Source of the DNA: Ylistrum balloti
Lineage: Eukaryota
DNA: 64,000 nt
Assembly: GCF_031769215.1 (NCBI RefSeq)
Contig: NW_026782196.1
Location: 620,001 to 684,000 of the forward strand
Direction of reading: 5' to 3'
In this document: one piece after another, positions 61,839 to 64,000 of the stretch
Layout of the letters: the number at the start of each line of letters is the position of its first letter
Numbering within the stretch: position 1 is the stretch's first letter
Position numbers and translations under genes: made by a program
Notes under the pieces: generated by a model
What the model saw: only the letters and a program-made list of their open reading frames with translations
What the model was told of the DNA's origin: nothing
Databases searched by the model: none

Positions 61839-62421
61839 GTAGTTAGTTATGGTTAGTTACGGTTGTATTCTGACACAGGTCCTTTCATGGGTCCTCTTCG
61901 TCAGACTCGTATTTTTCTTTATAAGTGTGACTTCTAGTTGATGTTTGGTCAAAGTCCGCTTTATAGTCATCTAAAAACATCCTAGTCCTTCCAGAACTCA
62001 TCAAGCCTGTTTTTGAAAGTGTTGGTGTTTTCGGCTCTCACTACCCCCTCAGGCAGACTGTTCCAAAGGTTAGCTACTCGTACACTGAAGCTGGATTTCC
62101 TAACATTTAGTCTAGAATGCTGGGCATAAATTTTCATGGAGTTCCCTCTCCCCTAGGATCTTGTCGCATTGTCCTTCCGTAACTTGGTGAAATCAGCTAC
62201 CTTTTTGTCCTATTTCCCACTTAAAAATTTAAAAACCTCTATCATGTCACCTCTGTGGCGTCTGTATTTCAGTGTTGGTAGTTTTAGTTTTTTCAACCTT
62301 TGATCAAATGTTAGCCCCTTTTCTTTGCACCCCTTCTGTTCATTCAGATTGTTGTGTCTTGGATGGGAACCACACTGAGCTAGCGTAGTCTAAATGTGTT
62401 CTCACCAATTTCTTGTAGAGT
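61839..62421 (-). mobile_element. 5'-truncated, decayed CR1/L2-clade LINE 3' end
   Basis: minus translation LYKKLVRTHLDYASSVWFP...RLKKLKLPTLKYRRHRGDMIEVFK...RVANLWNSLPE...TFKNRLDEFW with stops and frameshifts; (taac)n-like tail. Confidence 0.9.
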
Positions 62422-62821
62422 GGAACATATATGGCAGCATTCACAAAAACATTATATGCTTATCTAAGCAAAATACAAACAGAGACTTGCCCTATTATCA
62501 ATAGTACAGAATCGCTGAATTTCACCAGGGACGTGTATAACATATTGTATTATACGTCCCTGATTTCACTTAATATGAACACTGATCCATGTTGGATATC
62601 TGTGGCTCCGTGATATCGTACTGAATGAAGTACAGGTAAAATAACACACCGTAAATGAGAACATTGAATGTTTGAACGTGTTACTGTTTATGGGTTCTTT
62701 TATGTCCTTGGGGGAAAGTTAAAGAAATACCATGATAATAGTTGTTCTATATTTCGTTACAAAATCCTGTGCCTTGTCCCCTTGCTGTATTGTTAATCAA
62801 ATATGTTTGGATAAAATGAAT

Positions 62822-62944
62822 GACAATGCCAAACCACACAGAGCCCACCAAGTACATAGCCATCTTCAACATGAAGTGACAGAGACGCCCCTATGGCCTG
62901 CAAGGTCACCATACACGAACCCAACTGAGCATATCTCGGACTAA
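62822..62944 (+). mobile_element. Tc1/mariner transposase fragment
   Basis: DNAKPHRA...WPARSPYTNPTEH matches the DNAxPH...WPxxSPDLNPIEH catalytic segment, degraded. Confidence 0.8.
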
Positions 62945-63612
62945 ACGTCAGTGCACGATATCCAATTTGCCAACCAATTGGAAATTAGGGGCTGCATTGA
63001 TTCTGGAGTGCCAGAGTTTACCACGAAACAAGCTTAATTCGGCGTTTGGACACTGGGCACAAGAACTGTACCAAGAGCATGTGACTATACCCGATGATGA
63101 AAGTTTTATACCAGTTTGATCAGTTAATCTTCTTAAACAATTAACTGGTTTTGGCGATTTGCTGACATATTAATTAGAGACAGTTTATGTCAAACTGTTG
63201 GAAAATGGAAATGAGCTTGACTTAAAAAAAAGGCAAGAAGCAGCGGTCCTGCTATAATGAAACATTGAAATATTATCATGTTCATTTATAAGAACAGAAC
63301 CAAGATCAGCGAAGTTTCGGCCGCTCATAATTGGTTTAAATAAGAACAGAGAATTGAAAGAAATGCAAAATGTCGCATTTCTGAAAATATCACCGGCAAA
63401 CGCTATGCTTGTAATTCTGCTGTTTTCTCGACTGTTTTTCTCGTCCAGACCGACTGTTAAAATGTCATGACAACGTCAGAATAATAAGGACTACAATGAA
63501 CGGAAAGACAATAGTCAGTTTAAACCATTGTTATAAAGATGTAAGTTTTCGATATGCTCTTATCAGTAATTGTACCTCACCATCACCGCAATCACAGTTT
63601 GAAATAAAACGT

Positions 63613-63739
63613 TTGATAGCGTCATTTTTGATGTTTCGGTTTTTTCCCTTCATTTTGATAGCGTCATTTTTGATGTTTCGGTTTTTTTCCCTTCATTTTG
63701 ATAGCGTCATTTTGGATGTTTCGGTTTTTTCCCTTCATT
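63613..63739. repeat. 42-43-bp tandem x3
   Basis: ttgatagcgtcatttttgatgtttcggttttttcccttcatt. Confidence 0.92.
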
Positions 63740-64000
63740 TCGCTGAATTGGATTTTCGTAAAGAAAAAAAAAAAAATCAAAAGCAGCACTTTGGACTTTA
63801 GTTAAAGAGCTGGCCACGGTTGTTTAAAGGCTGGTATGTGATAACCAGTATTTCCGATATGAATTGAAGAAAATCGGAAAGATTCTTTATCATTTCACAA
63901 CTGTTGGTTTGTTGAGACAAGGCAGAGTGATTTATTTGAGTGTCAGTTTTGTATTGAATATTCTTGTTTGTTTAGTTGTAGCGATTTGAGATTTTTCACT

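Overview
AT-rich eukaryotic (animal) genomic DNA. The repeat families suggest a bivalve mollusc, which is my inference. Two intron-containing protein-coding genes lie on the minus strand. (1) A p190 RhoGAP (ARHGAP35/ARHGAP5 family): I traced 24 GT-AG coding exons from ATG 35473 down to 831 with consistent phases, about 1529 codons covering the N-terminal GTPase-like domain, FF region, two pseudoGTPase regions, middle region, polybasic stretch and the start of the RhoGAP domain. The gene continues beyond base 1. A probable non-coding first exon lies near 46.8-46.9 kb. (2) A complete SKP1 (4 coding exons, 162 aa, 59323-55745). The rest is introns and intergenic DNA packed with minisatellites, Helentron-type non-autonomous elements (HINE-like), a MITE, a tRNA-derived SINE, CR1 LINE and Tc1 fragments, and one 198-N gap. 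The best candidates for undescribed biology are hidden in p190 introns and absent from the ORF track. One is a candidate internal start exon encoding MGCSAS... (myristoylation/palmitoylation motif) that splices in frame to the RhoGAP exons and would give a short lipid-anchored GAP-only isoform; an RFX X-box plus forkhead site lies about 3 kb upstream of it. Two others are frame-preserving microexon candidates (6 and 12 nt) with UGCAUG sites. Several tandem duplications also copy exon ends with their splice donors, or branch points. All of this comes from reading the sequence by hand; no transcript or database evidence was available.
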